Source: Rikenella microfusus
GTDB lineage: Bacteria > Bacteroidota > Bacteroidia > Bacteroidales > DYQK01
Reading direction: 5' to 3'
NCBI GenBank assembly: GCA_020719385.1
Contig: DYQK01000004.1
Coordinates: forward strand, 1 to 62,458
DNA length: 62,458 nt
The notes beneath the pieces were generated by a model. It was not told the origin of the DNA. It did no database searches and worked only from the letters and a program-made list of their open reading frames with translations. Position 1 is the first letter of the stretch; every line of letters begins with the position of its first letter. The translations under genes were made by a program, and so were the position numbers. Positions 28,588-37,678 of the stretch are shown piece by piece.

Positions 28588-30309
28588 TTAATTGACTTCA
28601 AATTCTATGACGGTAACCATTTCTCCTTCGCGAATTGTACCTCTGTAATCTTTTCGAACGCCTTTGTAAATGACGGTAACATTAAATTCAACTGGTCCTG
28701 AATGTTCAAAATCTTGTCGAATGCAATGTTTGACCTTAATTTTATATTTTCCCTTTGCGGGAGTGTTCCAATATGCGTTTTCTTGAGCGTTTCTGGTCCA
28801 TAAATCTCTCGAAAAACGATTCGTATTTGCGTCAATGTCCAAAGTTCCTGTTCCTCCGTTGCAGGTGTGCGACAACTCTAATGCCCAAACCGTTTGTTTG
28901 CAAGGATCTTCGACATATAAATCTAAATCGTCAAGCGTTTTCCATTGCAAATTGATTCGTAAATCACCTCCTTCGCCCTTAAAATCATCTTGCGGAGGAT
29001 TAGGTGGCGGTGGAGGAGGAGGTGGCGGTGGTGGAGGAGCAACAACTGTCAATGGAATATCTCTGTCATTTTGCGGTGCAGAGAGTAAATCTCCAAAAAT
29101 TTTATTCTGAATTTTTGTATTATTCGTATTGTAACCTGTTTTTGAGGCAACAATGGAGATATTGTCGCTTGCCGCAACATCTGAAACGGCAAAAATTCCT
29201 GACGAATTGCTAAGTTCTGTTCCGCGAAGTGTTCCGTTGATAAAAATTTCGTTTTTTGCACCCGAAATCGGTGAACCATTCGCAGCATCAACATCGCGAA
29301 ACGTTAAACTTTGACGTTTCGGACGCAAATAAAACGTTCTTCCTTCGTTATTGAGTCTAATAAATTGGTCAGCAACAGCGGTTTTCGAAGTGTCGTGATA
29401 AAAAGTTTTCTGTGCAAGAATCTCAATTTTTGCCAAAATCGGAATATTCTCAAAAACACCTTCCCCGACTCCGTTTGTATTTGTTCGCATTGTTATCGCC
29501 CTTTTCCCTTCAATTTTCAACGTAGCAACCGCTGCGGGCAAAGGTTGACGCGTAACTAAATCTTTTACAAAAATCTGAATCATTTTTTTTATCGGCTTCA
29601 GACGCAAAACTCGTTTAACTTTCGTTTCACCGAGCAAATTTTTCACTTCATTTGAGATGCTGTCGCTTTCATAACCATATTTTGAGGCAACAACGTTCAA
29701 TTTTCCGCAATAAATTGCTTTTTTCACCGTAGAATTTCCTGCGACATTCGTAGAATCTTGCGTTTTAGTTTTGTTTGAGGAGAAAATAATTTCTGTTCGC
29801 ATCGTTGCGTCAGGAATTGGTTCAGAATTTTCTTTGTTGATGACTAAAAATTCCAAATCATAACTTCGCAGCGGCAAAGGAATTTGAAGAATTTCTTTGT
29901 GTTTGAGAGAATGAAAAAGTAAAGACAAAGAATCTGCCAAAAAACATTCATTCGAAGCCTCGACAAATGCCTTCGTTTTTGAGTGAAAAATCACTGAATA
30001 AAGCGTATATTTCACACTTTTAAATTCGACAATTCCTTGATTATTGGTTGTATCCTGTTTCTCGACAAGCGATGGTTTTTGCAGAAAACCTTGATAGGTG
30101 TAAGAAAATTTAACATTTGACTTAACTATCGGCGAGAGCGTTGTTGATTCGACAACTTTAAAAATTACATCTTTTTCAAGCGGAATGAACAAAAGCAGCG
30201 GCAGCAAAAGCAGCAAAAACCACAACAGCCACCAATATTTTTTTCGTTTTAATGTTACAACGTATTCCGTTTGATTTTCTTGAAAAGGGAATTTCGTTTG
30301 TGCTTTCAT
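28588..30309 (-). CDS. Membrane-anchored protein with carboxypeptidase-regulatory-like repeats, polyproline linker and C-terminal YfaP/DUF2135-like domain
   Basis: N-terminal TM; repeated P...A..TN..G..A.K.GY; poly-Pro; L.W...DLDL.V.DP..LD.D.N..EN. Confidence 0.6.
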   Translation of the reverse strand: MKAQTKFPFQENQTEYVVTLKRKKYWWLLWFLLLLLPLLLFIPLEKDVIFKVVESTTLSPIVKSNVKFSYTYQGFLQKPSLVEKQDTTNNQGIVEFKSVKYTLYSVIFHSKTKAFVEASNECFLADSLSLLFHSLKHKEILQIPLPLRSYDLEFLVINKENSEPIPDATMRTEIIFSSNKTKTQDSTNVAGNSTVKKAIYCGKLNVVASKYGYESDSISNEVKNLLGETKVKRVLRLKPIKKMIQIFVKDLVTRQPLPAAVATLKIEGKRAITMRTNTNGVGEGVFENIPILAKIEILAQKTFYHDTSKTAVADQFIRLNNEGRTFYLRPKRQSLTFRDVDAANGSPISGAKNEIFINGTLRGTELSNSSGIFAVSDVAASDNISIVASKTGYNTNNTKIQNKIFGDLLSAPQNDRDIPLTVVAPPPPPPPPPPPPNPPQDDFKGEGGDLRINLQWKTLDDLDLYVEDPCKQTVWALELSHTCNGGTGTLDIDANTNRFSRDLWTRNAQENAYWNTPAKGKYKIKVKHCIRQDFEHSGPVEFNVTVIYKGVRKDYRGTIREGEMVTVIEFEVN

Positions 30310-30327
30310 AGAAAAATTTACAAAGAA

Positions 30328-30358
30328 TCCGCAAGGTTGATGTTTCAAACCTCACGGA
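30328..30358 (-). terminator. REP-like hairpin downstream of infB
   Basis: Minus strand TCCGTGAGGTT...AACCTTGCGGA, fully paired using two G-U pairs. Confidence 0.6.
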
Positions 30359-30382
30359 ATTTTTTTTGACAAATGTGAAATT

Positions 30383-33300
30383 TTATAATTTCTTTTTTAT
30401 TTCAGTTTCTTGGAACGCTTCAATAATATCGCCTTCTTTGATGTCGTTGAAGTTTTTGATTCCGATTCCGCAGTCCATTCCTTTCTGTACTTCTTTGATG
30501 TCATCTTTGAATCGTTTTAACGACAGAATTTCTCCTGTATAAACAACAATTCCATTTCGCACAAGATGTACTCTCGAACTTCTCGTGATTTTTCCGTCAA
30601 CAATCATACAGCCCGCAATAGTTCCGACTTTCGTAATTTTGAAAACACTTCGCACCTCGGCGGCTCCAAGCGTTTCCTGTTTAATCTCAGGAGCAAGCAT
30701 TCCTTCGATGGCTTGAGTAATTTCCTCTATTGCGTCATAAATAATAGAATACAAACGGATGTCAATACCTTCTTTTTCTGCTAATTTCTTTGCATTTAAC
30801 GAAGGTCGAACTTGAAAACCAACAATAATTGCGTTAGAAGCGGCAGCAAGCATTACGTCTGACTCTGATATTTGCCCGACGGCTTTGTGAATGATTCGTA
30901 CCTGAATTTGTGTTGTTGAAAGTTTTAAAAGTGCGTCTGAGATTGCTTCGACGGTTCCGTCAACATCGCCTTTTGCGATAATATTGAGTTCTTTGAAGTT
31001 TTCAATTTTGCGGCGGCGACCAATCTCTTCCAACGTGATATGTTTTTGAGTTCGAATATCCATTTCGCGTTGAATTTGTTCGCGTTTTGTAGCAATCTCT
31101 TTTGCATCTTTTTCGCTTTCGAGAACCGTGAAAATGTCGCCATCTTGTGGTGCGCCGTTTAATCCCAACACTTGGACAGGTTCTGAGGGACCAGCAACTT
31201 TGATTTTTTGCCCTCTTTCGTTGTACATCGCCTTGACTTTTCCATAATGACTTCCTGCCAAAATAATGTCACCTTGATGTAAAGTGCCTGTCTGAATCAA
31301 AATTGTTGCGACATAACCTTTTCCTTTGTCTAACGTTGAAACAATAACGGTTCCTTTTGGTCGGCGATTTGGATTTGCTTTTAAATCAAGAAGTTCTGCT
31401 TCGAAAAGTACTTTTTCTAAGAGTTTCTCAACGTTGATTCCTTTTTTTGCGGCGATTTCTTGAGACTGATATTTTCCGCCCCAATCTTCGACTAACAAAT
31501 TCATTTTTGCCAGTTGTTCCTTAATTTTTTCGGGCAAAGCGGCAGGTTTGTCGATTTTATTTATCGCAAAAACGATGGGAACGCCTGCGGCTTGCGCATG
31601 GTGAATTGCCTCAACGGTTTGCGGCATTACGTTGTCGTCGGCTGCGATAACAATAATTGCAATGTCCGTGACTTTTGCACCTCTTGCTCGCATTGCGGTA
31701 AAGGCTTCGTGTCCTGGAGTGTCGAGAAATGTGATATTTTTTCCATCGCCCAAAGAGACGTGATAAGCACCGATATGTTGCGTTATTCCGCCTGCTTCTC
31801 CTGCGATAACATTCGTTTTGCGAATATAGTCCAACAACGAGGTTTTTCCATGGTCGACGTGTCCCATAACGGTAACAATAGGAGCGCGTGGTTTTAAATC
31901 TTGAAGATTATCTATCTCTTCTTCTAATGTTTGTTGTCCCTCAACACTAATAAATTCTACTTTATACCCAAATTCGTCGGCAATTAAACTGATGGTTTCA
32001 GCACCAAGTCGTTGATTTATAGAAACTTTAACATCTAAACTTAAACATGCTTCAATAACTTTATTCACAGGAATATTCATCATTGTTGATAATTCGTTAG
32101 CCGAGATAAATTCGGTAACTTTCAAAATATTTTTATCTTGTTCAAGTTTAGCCATTTCTTCTTGCATTCGAGTGCGAATTTCGTCTCGTTTTTCGCGTTT
32201 ATATTTCGAAGATTTGCTTTTGGGCTTCGAAGTTAAACGGGCAAGAGTTTCTTTTACTTGTTTTTGAATATCGTCATCGTTAATTTCGATTTTTACGCGT
32301 TTTTTCTTTTTCAGACTTGCGTTTTTATTTTGCTGTTGCTGCTGCTGCAATTTATTGCGTTCAGCAAAAGAGGTAACCTTGGTTGCGGGTTTATTGCTGT
32401 TGTTGGTTGTGGAGGTAGAGGTCGTTCTTACCTGTACTCTTTCAGGTGGTTTGTTTCGTTGGTCGTTTCTGCGTGAAGTTTGGTCGTTAAAATTACGATT
32501 TTTATTAAAAGGACGTTGCTGCTGCTGTTGATGCGAATCTCGTTCTTTGTTCACTTTATTTTCGTCACCTTCTTTTTCGCGAATCTTAGAGATAGATTTT
32601 GAAATATCATCTTTCTTTTCCTTCTCTAATTGTTTTCTCTCCTTCGCTTGATTTTCTCGAATAGTACGTTCCTTTGCTTTTCGTTCGTCTTCGCGCTCTT
32701 TGCGAGTCTTCTTTGGGGGACGAGTACGTTGATTTAACGCATCTAAATCAATTTTCCCAACAACTTTCAACTCCGGACCATCAGATTTCTCTTTATTAAG
32801 AGTATTTGCGGTGATATAAATCGGCGTATCAAGATTCGAAATTTGTTCCTCAAGAGTTTTTTTATCAACAGTTTTCTGCTCTTGCTTAACATTTTTATCT
32901 TTTTGAGAAAAATTGTTACTGCGAAAACTGTTGTTGCGAGAATTATTATAGGAAGAATTGTTGTTATTCTGTCCATCATTTCGATTTCCTTGATTCTGAT
33001 TTGAAGAATTGTTGTTATTCTGTCCATCATTTCGATTTCCTTGATTCTGATTTGAAGAATTGTTGTTGTCATTATATCGACCACTGCCGCCTCCGCGACG
33101 ACGATTTCTGCCTCGCCCGCGACGATTATTGTTGTTATTTTGGTTGGAATTATTGTTTTGCGAATCTTTTTCGGAACGAGAGTTCTCCTCTTTTTTCGAA
33201 GAATCATTCTTCTCTTGCGAATAACGACTCTTATTGAAGGCATTTAAGTCAATTTTTCCCAAAATTTTTACACCTTCCTTCTTTTCAGGATTTTCCTCTT

Positions 33301-33649
33301 TTTGCGGAGGGACAAGAACTTTTCTTCCACTGACATCTTTGATTAAAATGTCAGCAGTTTCTTGCTTCGTTTCATCTTGCTTATGTTTATTCCTAAGATT
33401 ATCAAGCGAAACGGTCTCTTTCTTCTCTCGAACTTTATGAAAATCTATACGTTCTGTCTCGCGTTTGCTCTTGAGGTCAGAATTGTATTCTTTCTGCAAC
33501 ATTTCATAATATTCGAGAGGAATTTTATTATTAGGATTGGAATCGAGTTGCAATCCTTTTTTGTTCAAAAATTCAACAATTGTAGAAATACCAACGTTAA
33601 ACTCTTTTGCGACTGCATGCAGTCGAATGATTTTGTTTGAATCCGCCAT
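30383..33649 (-). CDS. infB: Translation initiation factor IF-2
   Basis: [30 protein letters not shown]; typical C-terminal domains. Confidence 0.98.
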   Translation of the reverse strand: MADSNKIIRLHAVAKEFNVGISTIVEFLNKKGLQLDSNPNNKIPLEYYEMLQKEYNSDLKSKRETERIDFHKVREKKETVSLDNLRNKHKQDETKQETADILIKDVSGRKVLVPPQKEENPEKKEGVKILGKIDLNAFNKSRYSQEKNDSSKKEENSRSEKDSQNNNSNQNNNNNRRGRGRNRRRGGGSGRYNDNNNSSNQNQGNRNDGQNNNNSSNQNQGNRNDGQNNNNSSYNNSRNNSFRSNNFSQKDKNVKQEQKTVDKKTLEEQISNLDTPIYITANTLNKEKSDGPELKVVGKIDLDALNQRTRPPKKTRKEREDERKAKERTIRENQAKERKQLEKEKKDDISKSISKIREKEGDENKVNKERDSHQQQQQRPFNKNRNFNDQTSRRNDQRNKPPERVQVRTTSTSTTNNSNKPATKVTSFAERNKLQQQQQQNKNASLKKKKRVKIEINDDDIQKQVKETLARLTSKPKSKSSKYKREKRDEIRTRMQEEMAKLEQDKNILKVTEFISANELSTMMNIPVNKVIEACLSLDVKVSINQRLGAETISLIADEFGYKVEFISVEGQQTLEEEIDNLQDLKPRAPIVTVMGHVDHGKTSLLDYIRKTNVIAGEAGGITQHIGAYHVSLGDGKNITFLDTPGHEAFTAMRARGAKVTDIAIIVIAADDNVMPQTVEAIHHAQAAGVPIVFAINKIDKPAALPEKIKEQLAKMNLLVEDWGGKYQSQEIAAKKGINVEKLLEKVLFEAELLDLKANPNRRPKGTVIVSTLDKGKGYVATILIQTGTLHQGDIILAGSHYGKVKAMYNERGQKIKVAGPSEPVQVLGLNGAPQDGDIFTVLESEKDAKEIATKREQIQREMDIRTQKHITLEEIGRRRKIENFKELNIIAKGDVDGTVEAISDALLKLSTTQIQVRIIHKAVGQISESDVMLAAASNAIIVGFQVRPSLNAKKLAEKEGIDIRLYSIIYDAIEEITQAIEGMLAPEIKQETLGAAEVRSVFKITKVGTIAGCMIVDGKITRSSRVHLVRNGIVVYTGEILSLKRFKDDIKEVQKGMDCGIGIKNFNDIKEGDIIEAFQETEIKKKL
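32952..33067. repeat. Perfect 51-bp tandem repeat (about 2.3 copies) inside infB
   Basis: Units start at 32952, 33003 and 33054; encodes [17 protein letters not shown]. Confidence 0.9.
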
Positions 33650-33692
33650 ACAATATTTTTTCCAGCCGAAATAATTGCATTAATTTGCGGGG

Positions 33693-33700
33693 CAAATATA
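33693..33700 (-). promoter_or_regulatory. -7 promoter element of infB
   Basis: TATATTTG on the minus strand about 45 nt upstream of the ATG. Confidence 0.6.
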
Positions 33701-33856
33701 AGTAAAATTTTTATTAAAAAAGCACTTTTTATAAAAAAAAATTATTTTATTTTATAATTTTTTTTATAACTCTTTTATTTTCAAAGACTTACAATTTAAA
33801 AATTATTTTGTAAAGTTTAAAATTTGTTTTATTTTTGTAAAAAATTTTTCTAAAAT

Positions 33857-34897
33857 ATGGAAAAAATCGAAATCTCTGAATTCTTGCAGCAGGCAAAAAA
33901 TCTGCCGATTATTGATGTGCGTTCTCCTGCAGAATTTTCGCAAGGACACATTCCGTCAGCGTTTAATATTCCTTTGTTCAACGACGAGGAACGAGCCGCA
34001 GTGGGTACAACTTACACAAAAATTAACAAAGAAGCCGCAGTTTTATTAGGGCTTGAAATTGTTGGGAAAAAATTGGCAGAAATGGTGCGGCAGGCTCGAA
34101 AAAAAGCGAAAAATCAACAACTTTTAGTGCATTGCTGGCGGGGCGGAATGCGAAGTGAAAGTGTTGCGTGGCTTTTAGAACTTGCAGGAATGAAAATTAA
34201 ACTTTTAAATGGCGGCTATAAATCGTATCGAAATTTTATTCGCAAAGATTTTGAACGAAAAGCGAATCTCATTGTTGTTGCGGGAATGACGGGAACAGGA
34301 AAAACTGAAATTTTACAACATTTTAAAAAACTCGGACAGCAAGTTATTGATTTAGAAGCACTTGCGAATCACAAAGGTTCGGCATTTGGTGCGTTGGGAC
34401 AGGAAAAACAACCGACCAATGAACAATTTGAGAATAATTTATACGATATTTGGCAGCATTTTGATTTTGAAAAACCGATATTTCTCGAAGATGAAAGTGA
34501 AAAAATTGGCAATATTACGTTACCGAAATCATTTTTTTTACAGATTCGAAATGCGAAAACTTTGCAAATTATCTTAGACAAAAACATTCGTCTTAGTCGG
34601 CTTTGCAAGGAATATGCGTTTTTTGACAAAGAAATTTTAAAAGATTCGGTTTTAAAAATTTCGAAACGTTTAGGAAGTTTATTGACTCAAACAATTATTC
34701 AACACATTGATAATCAAGAGTTTAATTTTGCTGTTGAGAAAATTTTGTCTTATTATGACAAAACTTATTTTTACGGTATTTCTCTTCGAGACGAAAAAAC
34801 TTTACAAACAATAGAGTTAAATAATGAAAATATGTACCTCAATGCTCAAATTATTTTTGAAAAAACAAAAAACTTTTGTGAAAAATTTAATTTTTGA
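33857..34897 (+). CDS. mnmH: tRNA 2-selenouridine synthase
   Basis: Rhodanese IDVRSP.EF..GHIP and CWRGGMRS; P-loop GMTGTGKT; DLE.LA.H.GS.FG; EDES. Confidence 0.95.
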   Translation: MEKIEISEFLQQAKNLPIIDVRSPAEFSQGHIPSAFNIPLFNDEERAAVGTTYTKINKEAAVLLGLEIVGKKLAEMVRQARKKAKNQQLLVHCWRGGMRSESVAWLLELAGMKIKLLNGGYKSYRNFIRKDFERKANLIVVAGMTGTGKTEILQHFKKLGQQVIDLEALANHKGSAFGALGQEKQPTNEQFENNLYDIWQHFDFEKPIFLEDESEKIGNITLPKSFFLQIRNAKTLQIILDKNIRLSRLCKEYAFFDKEILKDSVLKISKRLGSLLTQTIIQHIDNQEFNFAVEKILSYYDKTYFYGISLRDEKTLQTIELNNENMYLNAQIIFEKTKNFCEKFNF

Positions 34898-34910
34898 AAA
34901 AACGAAAAAT

Positions 34911-34997
34911 ATGTCTTATTCAGTTTATATTTTGCAAGATGTTGTTGAAACTTTTCAATTAAAATTTCGAGATTTCTCAAAAAATTTAATTTTTTGA
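34911..34997 (+). pseudogene. 28-codon remnant resembling the N-terminus of HsdR_N-like proteins
   Basis: MSYSVYILQDVVETFQLKFRDFSKNLIF* compared with MAYSNFTKKDLGNKFGVKFSEKNLF at 51921. Confidence 0.35.
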
Positions 34998-35018
34998 GAT
35001 TATTTTTTCAAAAAAAAA

Positions 35019-35050
35019 GTATCTCTTTCGCTTGAAAACAAAAGAGATAC
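35019..35050 (-). terminator. Terminator of the Fe-ADH gene
   Basis: GTATCTCTTT...AAAGAGATAC followed by a T run on the minus strand. Confidence 0.7.
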
Positions 35051-35059
35051 AATTTTTTT

Positions 35060-36238
35060 TTACAAAGATTTTTTCAAAATTTCGAGAATGTCAGGTTTTG
35101 CAAGACGTCTGAACAAACCAATTGCTCCTGTTGCTCCGCCTAATCTCACTGCTTTTGCTGCCATTTCCTCAAGACGCAATTCGTCAATACCTACTTCTCG
35201 CAAATTCATTGGAATTCCGAGAGAAGCAAAAAATTCATACGTTTTTGCGATACTTTTGTGGGCAATATCTGAGGCACTTCCTTCTTGAATATTCCAAACA
35301 TTGCGTCCGTAATCTGCAAATTTTTCGATATTGTCGTTTCGCAAAACGTATTCCATCCATCTTGGAGTGAGAATTGCCAAACCGATTCCGTGAGTAAGGT
35401 CATAAATGGCACTTAATTCGTGTTCGATGAAGTGAACCGCCCAATCTCCGCCGTCTTTTCCTAAACCTATCATCGTATTTAACGCAAGACTGCTTGCCCA
35501 CATTAAATTGGCTCGTGCTTCGTAATTTTCGGGTTCTTTCACTGCTATTGGTCCGTATTTGATACAAACTTTTAACAATGCCTCGGCTAATCTGTCGGGA
35601 ACATCTGAAGCGGTTAAATTGCTGAAATATTGTTCAAAAATATGACTCATAATGTCAGCAGTGCCTGCCGCTGTGTGATGTGCGTTGACAGAAATAGTGT
35701 AAGTTGGGTCGAGAATTGAGAATTTGGGACGTAATGCTTCGGAATAAGTGGGAAATTTATCTAACATTTCGTCGTTGCTCATTACAGAGAAACCGTTCAT
35801 TTCAGAACCCGTTGCTGCCAAAGTCATAATTGCTCCGAGAGGTAAGGCTTGCGTTGCGGCTGCTTTTCCACAGAAGAAATCCCAGCAATCTCCGTCATAT
35901 AAAGCACCTCCAGCAATAGTTTTTGCACAGTCTAACGTACTTCCGCCGCCAACGGCTAATACGAAATCAAGTTTATTTTCTTTGCATAAACGCACTCCTT
36001 CTCTTGCACTTGTGATTCGAGGATTTGGTTGAACGCCTGAAAGTTCTTTGAAAAATATTCCTTCAGCGTTTAATTGCGAAACAACTGCGTTATGGAGACC
36101 AATTTTTTTGATACTTCCACCGCCGTAAACCAATAAAACGCGGTTTCCTCCGAAAGATTTTATTTCTCTCGCAAGATTCGAAACTTGACCTTTACCAAAT
36201 AAAACTTTAGTGGGAATGTGATAAACGAAATTTAACAT
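35060..36238 (-). CDS. Iron-containing alcohol dehydrogenase (BdhA/YqhD butanol-dehydrogenase-like)
   Basis: PT...FGKG, GGGS twice, TGSE, D...H..E, H..EH, HG.GL metal ligands. Confidence 0.93.
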   Translation of the reverse strand: MLNFVYHIPTKVLFGKGQVSNLAREIKSFGGNRVLLVYGGGSIKKIGLHNAVVSQLNAEGIFFKELSGVQPNPRITSAREGVRLCKENKLDFVLAVGGGSTLDCAKTIAGGALYDGDCWDFFCGKAAATQALPLGAIMTLAATGSEMNGFSVMSNDEMLDKFPTYSEALRPKFSILDPTYTISVNAHHTAAGTADIMSHIFEQYFSNLTASDVPDRLAEALLKVCIKYGPIAVKEPENYEARANLMWASSLALNTMIGLGKDGGDWAVHFIEHELSAIYDLTHGIGLAILTPRWMEYVLRNDNIEKFADYGRNVWNIQEGSASDIAHKSIAKTYEFFASLGIPMNLREVGIDELRLEEMAAKAVRLGGATGAIGLFRRLAKPDILEILKKSL

Positions 36239-36276
36239 TTTCTGTTCGTTGATTTTAAAAGTTTTTAAATAAAAAT

Positions 36277-37056
36277 TTAGGCTGCTAATTTTTCTTTTTC
36301 ATTATATCTGTTTGACCACAACATTATCTCGCTGTTTTTCGATTTTAATGCTTCTAAATATTCTGTTTTAACATTTTTCTCATCATTTATAATTGCCAAT
36401 GCCTTGACATTTTTGCGAATCATTCGTTCACGAGTAGGTTTAATGTCTTCCCAAGAAAATAAAAAATGAGAAATTAAGGGTTTTGTTAAATTTCCAAAAG
36501 ATTTTATAACCAATTCTGTTGATTTTCCTGCAATTTGAAAATCAAAAGTAAAATCTAAATTTGTAACAGAACCTTTTGCTGCAAATTCAGGTGTAAAAAT
36601 AATATTCTCTTCTTCAAGAAATTTTCGCACGTCTTCTTTAAAAAGATGAGAAACATTATTTTTTGAAAGAACATATAAATTATTAACCTCTAAAATAGCA
36701 GAAATAAAATTATGCTTTTTTTGTGAAAAATTTTTTTCATTGGCAGTAACAAACAATTCATTATTTTGCAATTTTATACCATAATTAATCAAAATTGAAT
36801 CAATAATTTCTTTTCTTTTCCCCTCTTTTCCAATTTTTACACCAACTAATTCTAAATTGTCTAACGTTTCGTTATCATCAGACAGCACAATTTCTTTGTC
36901 AATTTGCTTTATGTAAATAGTTACTGTGTCGTTGAATAAACCAACAAAAGGCGTATCAACGGCAAACCATCCTGTTTGCTCATCTTTGAAAATAGTTGTT
37001 TCCTGACGCAACCAGTCATAATATTCAGAAACCAAATTATCAACCCAATTTTTCAT
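36277..37056 (-). CDS. DUF1828/DUF1829-like protein
   Basis: TPF....D...IY..LSD...L..L; F.EDV..FL; G.S....FDF.I; W.D; IIND. Confidence 0.75.
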   Translation of the reverse strand: MKNWVDNLVSEYYDWLRQETTIFKDEQTGWFAVDTPFVGLFNDTVTIYIKQIDKEIVLSDDNETLDNLELVGVKIGKEGKRKEIIDSILINYGIKLQNNELFVTANEKNFSQKKHNFISAILEVNNLYVLSKNNVSHLFKEDVRKFLEEENIIFTPEFAAKGSVTNLDFTFDFQIAGKSTELVIKSFGNLTKPLISHFLFSWEDIKPTRERMIRKNVKALAIINDEKNVKTEYLEALKSKNSEIMLWSNRYNEKEKLAA

Positions 37057-37575
37057 TGAAATAATTTTAATGTTGGAAAAATAAATTCTTCTATTAAATT
37101 AATTTCTTTCGCAAAATCACAAAGCGATTCTTTAAAATCCAAATTATTTGTTATATTTTTTGTTTTAAAATTTTCATAATCTGTTAAAGGCAAAGCCCAG
37201 CCGAGTTGTTTATAACCTTCTACGTGAAAATGTATATGAGAAACATTAATTTTCATTCCTGCATATTCATAGAAAAAATGAGGCAAAGTAGGTAAAATAT
37301 CAACTGGATTAGGATGACTCTTCCCAAAATTTCCAAAATCAACTCTTATTAACCCAAAATTTACATAATTTTCGAGACAATGTAATGAAATTCGAGATAA
37401 CATTTTTTGATTCGCAGTAATTTCTAATCTAAATTTATAATCTTGTTCTAATTCTTTATCATGAGGGGAAATAATAAAATGCTGTTTTTTTTTGAGAAAA
37501 ATCTATTTTGGGATTTTTCTCTTCAAAAACTTTGGGAAGTTTCATTATTTCTTGATATTCAAAATTTGTAAACAT
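37053..37575 (-). pseudogene. DUF6978-like gene interrupted by a +1 frameshift in an A9 tract (173 aa if A8)
   Basis: ATG 37575 MFTNFEYQEIMKLPK..; frame breaks at T9 37485-37493; downstream frame has LIRVD..HPNP..HIH...EGY..L.WA.P; ATGA overlap with the next gene. Confidence 0.65.
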
Positions 37576-37596
37576 AACTTTTTTATAAAATTAAAC

Positions 37597-37647
37597 TTTG
37601 CAAAATTAATAAATTTTTTTACTTTTGCAAAATTAATAAATTTTTTT
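37597..37647. repeat. Tandem 24-bp direct repeat (27-bp period) carrying -7 promoter motifs in the divergent intergenic region
   Basis: TTTGCAAAATTAATAAATTTTTTT at 37597-37620 and 37624-37647. Confidence 0.7.
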
Positions 37648-37678
37648 TTATTTTTGCACTTTGAGAAAAATATTTTTT

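Noticed and set aside
32952-33067. Possible CRISPR array
   Set aside because: Head-to-tail 51-bp units with no spacers, in frame inside infB; no cas genes.
37440-37575. UGA/selenocysteine read-through as the explanation for the broken ORF, given mnmH nearby
   Set aside because: The TGA is immediately followed by TAA and the continuation is in another frame. I saw no in-frame UGA candidates elsewhere.
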